DNA from: Candidatus Omnitrophota bacterium | Lineage (GTDB): Bacteria; Omnitrophota; Gorgyraeia; Gygaellales; UBA12090 | Direction of reading: 5' to 3' | Assembly (NCBI GenBank): GCA_030674475.1 | Contig: JAUSCZ010000022.1 | Coordinates: 2,628-66,627 of the forward strand | DNA: 64,000 bases | In this document: positions 28,164 to 37,373 of the stretch, in pieces | Layout of the letters: every line of letters begins with the position of its first letter | Numbering within the stretch: position 1 is the stretch's first letter | Notes under the pieces: model-generated | Database searches by the model: none | What the model was told of the DNA's origin: nothing | The model's input: only the letters and a program-made list of their open reading frames with translations | Program-made: the position numbers and the translations under genes

Positions 28164-28512
28164 TGGGCAGGAGAGGATTTGAACCTCTGAAGCACAGGTG
28201 CAACAGATTTCAAGTGCCCTCAAGTTACCTCGAGGCTTGGACTATCTCATCACCATAGTTATTATATATTGAAAATATAATAACTTTAGGCGGCAGGCGC
28301 TTAGTCTCTGCACCTTCCATCGACAATGTCTGCCTGGCGGTAGACATATGCCGGGGCTTGGCTCAGGATTGCCCTTCGACTTGCGAAGACCACACATTCA
28401 TTACAAGCCGCTTCGGGTTTCCCTGAATTCACCTACTTTTACACCCCAACCTTTCGTCGGAGCGCTGCGTTCTAACACAGTCTGTCCCCTTTGACCACTT
28501 GGGTACCTGCCC
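28164..28512 (-). tRNA. tRNA-Tyr(GTA) interrupted by a group I intron (exon 1 28512-28477, exon 2 28210-28164)
   Basis: Joined exons give GGGCAGGTACCCAAGTGGTCAAAGGGG-ACAGA-CTGTAAA-TCTGT-long variable arm-GGTTCAAATCC-TCTCCTGCCCA; follows tRNA-Thr(TGT) as in thrU-tyrU. Confidence 0.92.
28211..28476 (-). ncRNA. Group I self-splicing intron, IC3-like, 266 nt, no ORF
   Basis: P/Q/R/S elements AATTCAGGGAAAC, GGCAATCCTGAGCCAA, GGTGCAGAGACTAA, GAGATAGTCCAA; U.G pair at 5' splice site; terminal G. Confidence 0.9.
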
Positions 28513-28564
28513 AAAAAAGTTATTAACGATTATAAACTGTCAACTGAAAACTGTCAACTAATAA

Positions 28565-28637
28565 AGCTGGCGGCCCGAATCGAACGGGCGACCACCTCAT
28601 TACAAATGAGGAGCTCTACCAATTGAGCTACGCCAGC
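28565..28637 (-). tRNA. tRNA-Thr(TGT)
   Basis: GCTGGCGTAGCTCAATTGGTAGAGC...CCTCA-TTTGTAA-TGAGG...GTTCGATTC. Confidence 0.93.
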
Positions 28638-28645
28638 AAATTTCA

Positions 28646-28805
28646 AAATAACCAATAATCAATCATCAATAACCAAAGAATAACCAAACACCAAACATCA
28701 ATAACCAAACAATAGATTAGTTTTCCGATTTATCATTGATTATTGGTTATTGGGTATTGGGTATTGGGTATTTTTTGGTTATTGGATCTTGGTTATTGAT
28801 TATTT
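28646..28805. repeat. Inverted heptamer array (AATAACC/GGTTATT)
   Basis: Run of (AATAACC/AATCATC/AACACC) units then run of (TATTGGT/TATTGGG/TATTGAT) units; just downstream of nnrD stop. Confidence 0.8.
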
Positions 28806-28817
28806 TAAATCACCGAT

Positions 28818-29663
28818 TCATAATTTTTTTATTGCCGCGGGAATGTTTTCTATGATGTCTGAGGCGATGAGGCCGGTTTGAGTCTTCTCTTTTGCGGCCA
28901 GATCCCCGGCCTGGCCGTGCAGATAGACTCCGGTCTTGGCGGCGGTCAATCCGTCTAATCCCTGGCCTAATAAGGCGCTGATGATGCCGGTTAATACATC
29001 GCCTGAACCGGCGGTGGCCATTCCGGGGTTGCCGGTTTTATTCACATACAGCTTATTCGGCGAAGCCACCACCGTATGATGCCCCTTTAAAACAAGGACT
29101 ATATTATAATCATAAGCGAACCTTTTTGCAAGTGTTTCTCTGTTTTTTTGGATATAAGCTGTGGATTGGCCTGTCAGGCGGCTGAACTCTCCGGGATGGG
29201 GAGTGAGTATTTTAAGATTGGGATTTAGCCTTAGGATATCTAAATGTCCGGCTAAGGCGTTTAGCGCGTCGGCGTCAATAACCATAGGCTTATTGACATT
29301 GCTGATTATCCGGCGGATGAGTTTTTGGGTTTGAGGATTTCGGGATAATCCCGGGCCGAGGGCTAAAACATCTGTTTTGTGGGTAAACGCGGCTATTTTC
29401 GGGTAGGCGCTTAAGCTTAAGGTCTTCTCTTTTGTCTGGGGTAGGGGTTTAAGCATTACCTCTAAAAATACCTTTTTCGCGGCAATGCCGCATAAACTCT
29501 CAGGAAGGCCCAGGGTAACTAGCCCGGCCCCGGAGCGCATCGCGCTGTTGGCGCACAAAATAGCGGCTCCGCTAAAACTAAGAGAGCCGGCTAAGACAAA
29601 AATATGGCCGTAATCGCCTTTATGGGTATCGGGTTTACGGCGGGGAAAAACCCTATTTGTCAT
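28818..29663 (-). CDS. nnrD: ADP-dependent NAD(P)HX dehydratase (stand-alone)
   Basis: THKGDYG, LGPGL, VIDADALN, LTPHPGEF, GSGDVLTG. Confidence 0.93.
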   Translation of the reverse strand: MTNRVFPRRKPDTHKGDYGHIFVLAGSLSFSGAAILCANSAMRSGAGLVTLGLPESLCGIAAKKVFLEVMLKPLPQTKEKTLSLSAYPKIAAFTHKTDVLALGPGLSRNPQTQKLIRRIISNVNKPMVIDADALNALAGHLDILRLNPNLKILTPHPGEFSRLTGQSTAYIQKNRETLAKRFAYDYNIVLVLKGHHTVVASPNKLYVNKTGNPGMATAGSGDVLTGIISALLGQGLDGLTAAKTGVYLHGQAGDLAAKEKTQTGLIASDIIENIPAAIKKL

Positions 29664-30039
29664 TCTTGATTAAAATGGCATTGGCCACGGCCAATTTGTG
29701 GGTGTGGGACATACTGATGATAATATCGGAGATTTTTTTCTTTTCTTTTATTTTTTTAGCCTCTCCGGAAAGCCGGATGAAAGGTTTTCCGGATTTATCG
29801 TTTAAAACTTCAACCTCGCGAAGGTTAATCTGATGAATAGATGAATCGCCGATAGCCTTTAAGACCGCTTCCTTAGCCGCGAAGCGGGCGGCCAGATGTT
29901 GATAAGAAAATTTCTTGGCCTGGGAATAATTTATTTCATTCTCAGTAAAGATTCGCTTTAAGAAAGAATCTTTCCAACGAAGAACCGCGTTTTTTATCCG
30001 GGAAATCTCAATGATGTCTATGCCTGTTCCGCTAATCAT
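29653..30039 (-). CDS. acpS: Holo-ACP synthase
   Basis: GTGIDIIEI, AARFAAKEA, ISMSH. Confidence 0.95.
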   Translation of the reverse strand: MISGTGIDIIEISRIKNAVLRWKDSFLKRIFTENEINYSQAKKFSYQHLAARFAAKEAVLKAIGDSSIHQINLREVEVLNDKSGKPFIRLSGEAKKIKEKKKISDIIISMSHTHKLAVANAILIKNDK

Positions 30040-30749
30040 CGTGTATGTTTGAGCATTTCTTTGACCGCGGTTTCTAAACCAATAAAAATACCGCGGCAGA
30101 TTATGGAGTAACCGATATTCAATTCCTGGATTTCCGGAATTTTGGCAATAGCCTGAGCATTGTTGTAGTCTAAGCCGTGTCCGGCAGCCACTGTAAGGCC
30201 CAGGCTTTGGGCAAAGGAAGCGGCCTTAGCCAGCTCTTGTAATAATTTATTTCTTTGGCTTTGAGTTTTGGCCGCGGCGTATTTTCCGGTGTGCAGTTCA
30301 ATAATTTTTGCCCCTGTCTCTGTGACGGCGGAAATCTGTTTTTTGTCCGGGTCAATAAATAAACTTATTTCTATTCCACTCCCGGTTAACTTTTTAACTA
30401 CTTTTTTTATTTTAGATTTCTGCTTTAGGATATCCAGGCCGCCTTCGGTGGTCAGCTCTTTTCTTTTTTCCGGAACTAAGGTTGCCTGATGCGGCTTGAC
30501 TAAACAGGCAATATCTACAATCTCCGCGGATATAGACATCTCTAAATTGAATCTGGTCTTGACGCTTTGCCTGAGGCGCCGGATATCATTATCGTTGATA
30601 TGGCGGCGGTCCTCGCGTAAATGGGCAACTATGGAGTCACAACCGGCCTTCTCGCAAATAGAGGCGGCGTAGACCGGATCCGGGAATTGACCTTTACGGG
30701 CCTGCCGTAAGGTGGCGATATGGTCTATGTTAACTCCTAATTTAACCAT
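30036..30749 (-). CDS. pdxJ: Pyridoxine 5'-phosphate synthase
   Basis: LGVNIDHIATLRQAR, HLREDRRHI, TTEGGLD, AGHGL. Confidence 0.97.
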   Translation of the reverse strand: MVKLGVNIDHIATLRQARKGQFPDPVYAASICEKAGCDSIVAHLREDRRHINDNDIRRLRQSVKTRFNLEMSISAEIVDIACLVKPHQATLVPEKRKELTTEGGLDILKQKSKIKKVVKKLTGSGIEISLFIDPDKKQISAVTETGAKIIELHTGKYAAAKTQSQRNKLLQELAKAASFAQSLGLTVAAGHGLDYNNAQAIAKIPEIQELNIGYSIICRGIFIGLETAVKEMLKHTR

Positions 30750-30750
30750 G

Positions 30751-30864
30751 TTAGAACTTTAAAACCATTTTAGCTATTTCTCCGTTTACATAAAGCCAGG
30801 TTAAAATAGCCAGAATCAAAGATATTATTTTTAACCAGAAATGTCTAAACGGCCAAATTTTCAT
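30751..30864 (-). CDS. 37-aa CdaR/YbbR-like transmembrane peptide (no YbbR domains)
   Basis: ATG overlaps cdaA stop (TAATG); MKIWPFRHFWLKIISLILAILTWLYVNGEIAKMVLKF matches the LKxxSLxxAxxxWxYV TM of CdaR. Confidence 0.7.
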   Translation of the reverse strand: MKIWPFRHFWLKIISLILAILTWLYVNGEIAKMVLKF

Positions 30865-31634
30865 TATTTATTCTTGCGGTTTTTAAAATTACTCTTGAGT
30901 TTTTCAGAGAGTTGTTCCAGGTCAAGGTCGCGGAAGAGTTTTCCGTTATAGCAGAGTGATATATCCCCGGTTTCCTCAGAGGCCACTACCACTATCGCGT
31001 CGGTCTGCTCAGCCAGGCCGATGGCCGCCCGATGGCGGGTGCCCAGGATACGGTCTAAGTTTGGTTTCTCGGTTAAAGGAAAGAGGCATCCAGCGGCAAT
31101 TACGCGGGTGTTTTGGATAATCAACCCTCCATCGTGTAAAAGGCTGTTAGGGGTGAATATGGTTTGGATGAGCTCCGCGCTTATGCGGCTGTCTATCTTT
31201 ACCCCGCTTTCAATATATTCCTTAAGACTATCCTCTTTCTCTATGGCAATCAGGGCGCCTATTTTTTTCCGGCTCAAGATATCTACCGCCGAAACAATCT
31301 GGGCTATGATTTCTTTCAGCTCTTCCTCATAAAGCCCGCCCTTAAAGATTTTCTGCTGTCCTAATTTTGCCAGGCCCTGACGTATCTCCGGCTGAAAAAT
31401 TACCAGGATACCGATAATCGATATGGCAAAAAAATGGGTCATCAACCAGTCCAGGGTTTCCAGCCTTAAAATCTGAAAGATAAAAAAGGCAAAGACTAAA
31501 ACAATAAGGCCGCGTAAGACCTGAATCGCCCGAGTGCCCTTAAAAAAGAGCATAATCTGATAAAAGACTATCCAGAGTATGGTTATCTCTAACAGCGCCT
31601 TCCAATTATTAAGCAGATTTATTGAGATGGGCAT
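30864..31634 (-). CDS. cdaA: Diadenylate cyclase CdaA
   Basis: Three TM helices, IFQPEIR, LHDGG, GTRHRAA, SEETG. Confidence 0.95.
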   Translation of the reverse strand: MPISINLLNNWKALLEITILWIVFYQIMLFFKGTRAIQVLRGLIVLVFAFFIFQILRLETLDWLMTHFFAISIIGILVIFQPEIRQGLAKLGQQKIFKGGLYEEELKEIIAQIVSAVDILSRKKIGALIAIEKEDSLKEYIESGVKIDSRISAELIQTIFTPNSLLHDGGLIIQNTRVIAAGCLFPLTEKPNLDRILGTRHRAAIGLAEQTDAIVVVASEETGDISLCYNGKLFRDLDLEQLSEKLKSNFKNRKNK

Positions 31635-32824
31635 TTAAGGATGCGGTCTAAGACCATAAAGGCCTGCTTGGACTCTTTTACGTCATGAACCCGGATAATT
31701 TTAGCGCCATTAAATACTGCCAGGCAGTTACTGCTGATGGTTGAGGACAGGCGCTCCTTAGGCCCCTGATGAGTAATATTCCACAGAAACGACTTGCGGG
31801 ATAATCCGATTAAAATCGGCCGGCCTAATATTTTAAGCTGGGCGAGGGACTTAATTATTTCCAGATTATGCTCCAGGGTTTTACCAAAACCGATTCCCGG
31901 GTCAACAATGATTTTCTCAAAATCTATTCCGGCCTCAAGGGCAATGGCTATGGATTTATTTAAGTATTCGATAATTTCACCCATCAGCGATTGATACGCG
32001 GGGTTTTTCTGCATATTTTTAGGTATCCCGCGCATATGCATTAACACTACCCCGGCCTTATACCTGCTGATAGTTTTAGCCATTTTTTTATCGGCAGTAA
32101 GGGCACTGATGTCATTAATAATATCGGCGCCGCTATCTAAGGCGGCCTTGGCGGTTTCAGCTTTATAGGTATCAATAGAAATTGGCAGGTTAATTTCCTT
32201 ACGAATTCGCTTTAGGGCCGGAATCAGCCTTTTAATCTCATCTTTTGCCGAAACAGGCTTAGCCCCCGGCCGAGTGGACTCCGCGCCGATATCCAGCATA
32301 TCCGCCCCTTCATCCGCTAATTTTCGCGCGTATTCCACCGCGGAGCCCAATGTCTCTAAAAGCCCATCGCCGCTAAATGAATCCGGAGTGAGATTGATAA
32401 TACCCATAATCCGGGTTTGAGAAGCCAGATTTAATTGATGATTCTTTAGCGCGAGGGTAAAATTATCTTTTTGGTAATTATTAAAGGCGGCTTGTAATTC
32501 CAGGGCGATTTTATTCAAACCGTAGGGCTGTCTTTTTAGCTTTTCAGAGAGTCTTTGGATGTGGGTGAGATTTCCGATAATCAGGCAATCGGTATGCTTT
32601 TTCTTTCCGGTTAAGGCATCGCGGGATACGGCGGTGTCCGCGCCGATAGAAAGGCTTTCTTGTTTAAGAATATTGGCGGCAAAGATGGGCAGGTTATTTA
32701 TTCTGACTAAGGCCGGGATGGTCTTGGGAGCCATAATCTCAATGCCGGCGGTCTCAACCCCTAAATCCCTCATCAGGGCTTTGGCCTCGGATTGATCGCG
32801 CAGTGAGATTATGCGAACAGTCAT
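31619..32824 (-). CDS. folP: Dihydropteroate synthase with N-terminal extension
   Basis: MGIINLTPDSFSG, DIGAESTRPG, DPGIGFGK, SRKS, IRVHDV. Confidence 0.95.
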   Translation of the reverse strand: MTVRIISLRDQSEAKALMRDLGVETAGIEIMAPKTIPALVRINNLPIFAANILKQESLSIGADTAVSRDALTGKKKHTDCLIIGNLTHIQRLSEKLKRQPYGLNKIALELQAAFNNYQKDNFTLALKNHQLNLASQTRIMGIINLTPDSFSGDGLLETLGSAVEYARKLADEGADMLDIGAESTRPGAKPVSAKDEIKRLIPALKRIRKEINLPISIDTYKAETAKAALDSGADIINDISALTADKKMAKTISRYKAGVVLMHMRGIPKNMQKNPAYQSLMGEIIEYLNKSIAIALEAGIDFEKIIVDPGIGFGKTLEHNLEIIKSLAQLKILGRPILIGLSRKSFLWNITHQGPKERLSSTISSNCLAVFNGAKIIRVHDVKESKQAFMVLDRILKCPSQ

Positions 32825-32835
32825 TTTGAGTTTAA

Positions 32836-32863
32836 GTAGGGGCGGGTTCGAACCCGCCCCTAC
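32836..32863. repeat. GTAG-type REP-like perfect palindrome
   Basis: GTAGGGGCGGGTTCGAACCCGCCCCTAC between ftsH and folP. Confidence 0.8.
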
Positions 32864-32884
32864 TTATGGCTTTGCCTTGCTGGC

Positions 32885-34816
32885 TTATGGCTTTGGCTGT
32901 ATGGAAGCCAAACCATTGCCTTGCTGGCTTATGGGTGAGCTTATTTCTAATTGTGGTTCTGGTTTTGGCTCCAGGCCAAGCAGTCGCCTGACCTCGGCTC
33001 CGTCTAAAACCTCTTTTTCTAATAAAGCGGAGGAGACTAACTTCAGCTTATCCTCTTTTTCCTGGAGGAGTTTTTTGGCCTGGGCATAACATTCATCCAC
33101 AATCCGTTTCACCTCTTCATCAATCATCCTGGCGGTGTCTTCGCTGTAGTTTCTTTCCTCCACTATATCCCGGCCTAAAAATAAGGGGCCGTGCGCCCGG
33201 CCTAAGGTAATATTTCCTAAGCGTTCGCTCATTCCGAAACTACAGATCATTTTTTTAGCGATATGGGTGGCGTTTTCCAGGTCGCTTCCGGCTCCGGTAG
33301 TAACATCGCCAAAGCTTAACTCTTCAGAAACCCTTCCACCCAGAAGTATGGTAATTTCTCCTAAAAACTCTTTTTTGGAGCGGTAACTGCGGTCTTCAAT
33401 AGGCGGAGTTAAGGTGTAACCTCCGGCCATTCCCCGGGGGATGATGGAAACCTTGGTTACCGGATTAACCTCAGGCACTAATAAGGATAAAATAGCATGT
33501 CCGGCCTCATGAAAGGCGGTAAGTTCTTTTTCCCGTTTCGACATTACCTTACTTTTTTTCTCCGGGCCGATCATTACCCGCTCAATCGCCGCCTCCAGCT
33601 CAACCTGCTCCACCGCCTCTTTATTGCGCCGGGCAGCCAAAAGCGCGGCCTCATTACAGAGATTAGCCAGGTCCGCCCCGGAAAACATTGAGGTATGCTG
33701 AGCAGTCAGCCTTAAGTTTACATTAGGGGAAAGCTTTATCTTTCGGACATGCACCTTAAGAATTTCCTCTCTCCCGACAATATCCGGTAAGTTTACCACA
33801 ATATGCCGGTCAAATCTCCCGGGACGTAAAAGCGCCGGGTCTAAGGTATCCGGCCGGTTGGTGGCGGCAATCAAAATTAAACCCTCGACGGTGTCAAAGC
33901 CGTCCATCTCCACCAAAAGTTGATTAAGGGTTTGTTCTCTTTCGTAGTGGCCGCCGCCGATACCGGCAAAGCGCAGTCTGCCCACCGCGTCAATTTCATC
34001 AATAAAGATAATCGCCCCCTTACCCGAGGCCTTACCCGCCTTGCGGCCCTGCTCAAATAAATCCCTGACCCGGGAAGCCCCCACACCCACAAACATCTCC
34101 ACAACCTCCGAGCCGCTGATAGAGAAAAAAGGCACCTCGGCCTCACCGGCCACCGCCTTGGCCAGCAGAGTTTTACCGCATCCCGGAGGGCCAACCAATA
34201 AAACCCCCTTAGGGATTTTGCCGCCTAATTTTTGAAATTTCTTAGGATCTTTTAAGAATTCAATAACCTCCTGAAGCTCTTCCTTGGCCTCATCCACTCC
34301 GGCCACATCTTTAAAAGTAATCTTTTGATTTTTTCCTTCCTCGGCCAATTTCGGCCTGATTTTGCCAAAACCCATAATCCGATTGCCTAATTGTTCTCCC
34401 CGGGAAGCCATAAGCCACCAGAATAAAATCAAAAGCAAAACCGGGCCCAGGGAAAATAACAGAGAAATCAGAAGCGGCTGGGTCTTGATTTCAAAATTTT
34501 CTATATTCTCCCTTAACGCGGGAATCAAATCCTTGTCATTATCGGGGATCAATACAAAGAACTTGGTTTTATCCTTAAGCTGTCCTTCCAGGCGGCCGTC
34601 TATTTTGGCCGTGTAAACGATATTTCCGGTAGAGGGATTTTCCTTGAGCAGGCGGTAGAAATCGCCGTATTTTATCTCCTTAGTCGGCGCGGCAATATTA
34701 ACAAAGTTTATCACGTAGAAAAGAGCCAATATTATCAGCATCCAGAATATATTGGGTTTCTTTTGGCTGTTTAACTTATTTAATTTTGGTTTTAATTTAG
34801 GAAGATTAGCACTCAT
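32885..34816 (-). CDS. ftsH: ATP-dependent zinc metalloprotease FtsH
   Basis: Two TMs, [29 protein letters not shown]. Confidence 0.97.
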   Translation of the reverse strand: MSANLPKLKPKLNKLNSQKKPNIFWMLIILALFYVINFVNIAAPTKEIKYGDFYRLLKENPSTGNIVYTAKIDGRLEGQLKDKTKFFVLIPDNDKDLIPALRENIENFEIKTQPLLISLLFSLGPVLLLILFWWLMASRGEQLGNRIMGFGKIRPKLAEEGKNQKITFKDVAGVDEAKEELQEVIEFLKDPKKFQKLGGKIPKGVLLVGPPGCGKTLLAKAVAGEAEVPFFSISGSEVVEMFVGVGASRVRDLFEQGRKAGKASGKGAIIFIDEIDAVGRLRFAGIGGGHYEREQTLNQLLVEMDGFDTVEGLILIAATNRPDTLDPALLRPGRFDRHIVVNLPDIVGREEILKVHVRKIKLSPNVNLRLTAQHTSMFSGADLANLCNEAALLAARRNKEAVEQVELEAAIERVMIGPEKKSKVMSKREKELTAFHEAGHAILSLLVPEVNPVTKVSIIPRGMAGGYTLTPPIEDRSYRSKKEFLGEITILLGGRVSEELSFGDVTTGAGSDLENATHIAKKMICSFGMSERLGNITLGRAHGPLFLGRDIVEERNYSEDTARMIDEEVKRIVDECYAQAKKLLQEKEDKLKLVSSALLEKEVLDGAEVRRLLGLEPKPEPQLEISSPISQQGNGLASIQPKP

Positions 34817-34936
34817 TTTCTCCTTTATTTTTCCTGAAATATCAAATTCGCGAACATAAGACAGTAAGTTCCGTTAATTAACGTGTCTCTCGGATTATAA
34901 CCTAAATAGAAATAAAATCAAGCCTTATTTAGGCGC

Positions 34937-35136
34937 TAGTGTAATGCGTCAGTAAACAGGGGAAAATCTCCCCTCGCCCCTCTTTATAAAAGAGGGGGTA
35001 AAAATTCCCCCTTTGACAAGCCAGAGGGCGGTGGTTTGGCTTTCAATGTAGGGGCAGGTTCAGAACCTGCCCCTACAACGGGGGGTCAGGGGGATTTTTT
35101 AAAAAGACGCTCCCGCTCACTGATCGGTTACGCGCA
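34937..35136. mobile_element. MITE-like composite repeat region with nested palindromes, overlapping tilS 3' end
   Basis: TAGTGTAATGCGTCAGTAAAC left end imperfectly inverted to GCTCACTGATCGGTTACGC; contains CCCCTCTTTATAAAAGAGGGG and GTAG palindrome 35048-35076. Confidence 0.55.
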
Positions 35137-36115
35137 AGTAGATATCAAGAAATTCCTGGTTTTTACGGGTTGAGATATGAGAGGGCAAATCTACGACAGA
35201 GCCTTGAGGCCGGCAATACATTAAATCCCGGAGTTCGCGGATATGCTGATAGGTGAGCCTGCGGGTATCCCCTTTCAACTCTTCAAAACTCAGGCGCAAA
35301 ATGATATTTTGCAGGGCGGGGTGCAGGCTTAAAAATTTTTCTAAAGGAAGCTTCAATTGTTTCAGCTTGATAATTTTTATCTTATTAAACGCCTTCAAGG
35401 CGCTGGTATATAAAAAATCATAATCATAAGCCGCTGTCTGGGCGGTTCCGGCTAAAACCTCTTTGATGTTAGGATTATATTTTTCTAATTCCGGAAGCAA
35501 TGTCCGGCGCAGACGGTTCCGGAAATAAATTTCCCTGAGATTGCTGGAATCTACGCGGGAGGTTATTTTCTTGAGCCGTAAAAAACTCTCTATATCTTTC
35601 CTTTTGATTCCAAGCAGGGGCCGAATAATCGTAAAACCGCCGATTTTTCTCTTGGGTAAGATTGCCGCTAATCCTAAAAGTCCGCTGCCTCTTATCAAGC
35701 GCATCAAAACCGTCTCGGCCTGATCGTCTTGATTGTGGCCTAAGGCTATTTTGGTCAGGTGGTTTTCTTTGGCGGTTTGAAAAAGAAAATCAAACCTTAT
35801 CTTCCTGGCGGATTCTTCCGAGCAACAGGTTTTTGCCGCCCTTGAAACATCAACTTTTTTAAAGAAGGCCGGTATCTTTAGCTTCTCAGATAACTTTTTG
35901 ACAAATTCCTGGTCTTGATCGGATTCCCGGCCTCTTAAGGAATGATTCAGGTGGCCGATATACAACTTAAGGCTAAACTCTTCTTTTAGCGCGTTCAGGG
36001 CATAGAGCAGACAAACCGAATCCGGCCCGCCGGAAAGGCCGATTAAGATTTTATCCCGCGCATTGATCAGCTGGTATTGTTTTATGAATTTCCTGACTTT
36101 TTCCGGCAAGGTCAT
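35117..36115 (-). CDS. tilS: tRNA(Ile)-lysidine synthetase
   Basis: SGGPDS, HNQDDQAETVL, IRPLL, DSSN, RNRLR; tilS-ftsH synteny. Confidence 0.95.
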   Translation of the reverse strand: MTLPEKVRKFIKQYQLINARDKILIGLSGGPDSVCLLYALNALKEEFSLKLYIGHLNHSLRGRESDQDQEFVKKLSEKLKIPAFFKKVDVSRAAKTCCSEESARKIRFDFLFQTAKENHLTKIALGHNQDDQAETVLMRLIRGSGLLGLAAILPKRKIGGFTIIRPLLGIKRKDIESFLRLKKITSRVDSSNLREIYFRNRLRRTLLPELEKYNPNIKEVLAGTAQTAAYDYDFLYTSALKAFNKIKIIKLKQLKLPLEKFLSLHPALQNIILRLSFEELKGDTRRLTYQHIRELRDLMYCRPQGSVVDLPSHISTRKNQEFLDIYLRVTDQ

Positions 36116-36639
36116 TTAGTTTCTAAGAGGGAGTTTTGGAGGGCAAACTCTTCTTTTTCCAGGTCCTGACGGATAAATTCCTTAAGCTGTTCTTTAATTT
36201 GGTTGGTTTTGGCGTCTTCCTTAGCCTTAACTTTAGCGTCTAAAGCGTCAATTTTCTCGCGGTATTTTTCATTAGTGTCGTAGCGGTACTCCGAGATAAT
36301 ATGCGCCGGCAGTTTAATGGTATTGGCAAAGATACTCCACATCATTCTGGGAAAATGGGTAAGATATCTTCGGCCATAACTTTCAATCTGGCCCATGCGG
36401 ATATAATAGATCTCCACCATATCGTGCCTTCTGCTAAACCTGCTCTTGGCCAGGGCGAGGTCCTGGGGGGCTTTGTTTTCTAAATCCGTGGTGTATTCAG
36501 GAATGATATAGCCGAAACGAGCCACTGTCTGCCCGTCGTATTTTTCGGATTTCTGAAATCTATGCACTGTGCAGCCACCTAGAACCAGACAGGCGATTAA
36601 GGTGATAAATTTGTTTTTAAGGAGGAAGTCAGCGGCCAT
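36112..36639 (-). CDS. Hypothetical lipoprotein
   Basis: Hydrophobic stretch then LGGC lipobox; coupled to flanking genes. Confidence 0.65.
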   Translation of the reverse strand: MAADFLLKNKFITLIACLVLGGCTVHRFQKSEKYDGQTVARFGYIIPEYTTDLENKAPQDLALAKSRFSRRHDMVEIYYIRMGQIESYGRRYLTHFPRMMWSIFANTIKLPAHIISEYRYDTNEKYREKIDALDAKVKAKEDAKTNQIKEQLKEFIRQDLEKEEFALQNSLLETK

Positions 36640-37120
36640 AGAGCAATAAAGGGCGGTTTTTATAGATATACATGATCAAGACCAGCCAGAGCGCCAGGAA
36701 GATAACGGCGAAAACCAGGGAAAACCAAAAAAAGACCGCGTCTTTAATTTGAGGCCTTAGATCAATCACCATTGTTTTGGCGGCCTTATCCCCTATTCTT
36801 CTTCCCTGTTGATTCTTAAGCAGCACAAAATATTCTACCAGCGGTAAAACGGGGAGCACGATAAAGATATTCCTGATTATGGCCTGACTTATTTTAAGCG
36901 GCCGTTTTTTGACATCTATTACCTTTAGGCCGCAGGCAAGCTTACCCAGACTTCTTCCGCCAAAGGTATCCCGCAAAAGCATATAAAAAAGACAGTTAGT
37001 CCAGGCAGCCATCTTAGTCTCCAATAAGATGGCTAAGCAGATTCCCAGAGTTGAAGCCAAGCCGTAATCAATGATATAAGCGCATACCCTTTTATTCGGG
37101 CCGGGTTTATTAAATTCCAT
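36629..37120 (-). CDS. RDD family membrane protein
   Basis: KRVCAYIID, SLGK..GLKV, IIRN, RRIGDKAAKTMV; start MEFNKPG at 37120. Confidence 0.85.
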   Translation of the reverse strand: MEFNKPGPNKRVCAYIIDYGLASTLGICLAILLETKMAAWTNCLFYMLLRDTFGGRSLGKLACGLKVIDVKKRPLKISQAIIRNIFIVLPVLPLVEYFVLLKNQQGRRIGDKAAKTMVIDLRPQIKDAVFFWFSLVFAVIFLALWLVLIMYIYKNRPLLLYGR

Positions 37121-37146
37121 GTTTCCTTTTTTTGTATTAAGTAGTG

Positions 37147-37230
37147 CTATTGAACAATAGAACAATAGAAAATAGACCGCAATTGAGCGTTGTTTGTTTA
37201 TTGTTCTATTGTCTATTGTCTATTGCTCTA
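37147..37230. repeat. Inverted 7-8-mer array (AACAATAG/CTATTGT)
   Basis: AACAATAG AACAATAG AAAATAG ... CTATTGT CTATTGT CTATTGC. Confidence 0.7.
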
Positions 37231-37255
37231 TAAATTTTCGCATAGCGGAAATTTA

Positions 37256-37329
37256 TAGCGAGGGGCGGACTTGAACCGCCGACACTGCGGGTATGAGCCG
37301 CATGCTCTAACCAACTGAGCTACCTCGCC
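37256..37329 (-). tRNA. tRNA-Met(CAT), elongator
   Basis: GGCGAGGTAGCTCAGTTGGTTAGAGCA-TGCGG-CTCATAC-CCGCA...GGTTCAAGTCC; paired 1-72, no initiator GGG/CCC. Confidence 0.88.
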
Positions 37330-37373
37330 ATCTTAGTGCCTATTTTACTGTATTTGGCCTGTTAAATAAAGAT

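Noticed and set aside
28211-28476. Homing endonuclease in the intron
   Set aside because: Only 266 nt, fully accounted for by structural helices
28206-28480. Alternative reading as tRNA-Ser(UGA) with the intron after U33, or as a tRNA disrupted by a mobile element
   Set aside because: That split would end the intron in U rather than G and lose the P1 U.G pair; A73, the thrU-tyrU context and the intact ribozyme core support spliced Tyr(GUA)
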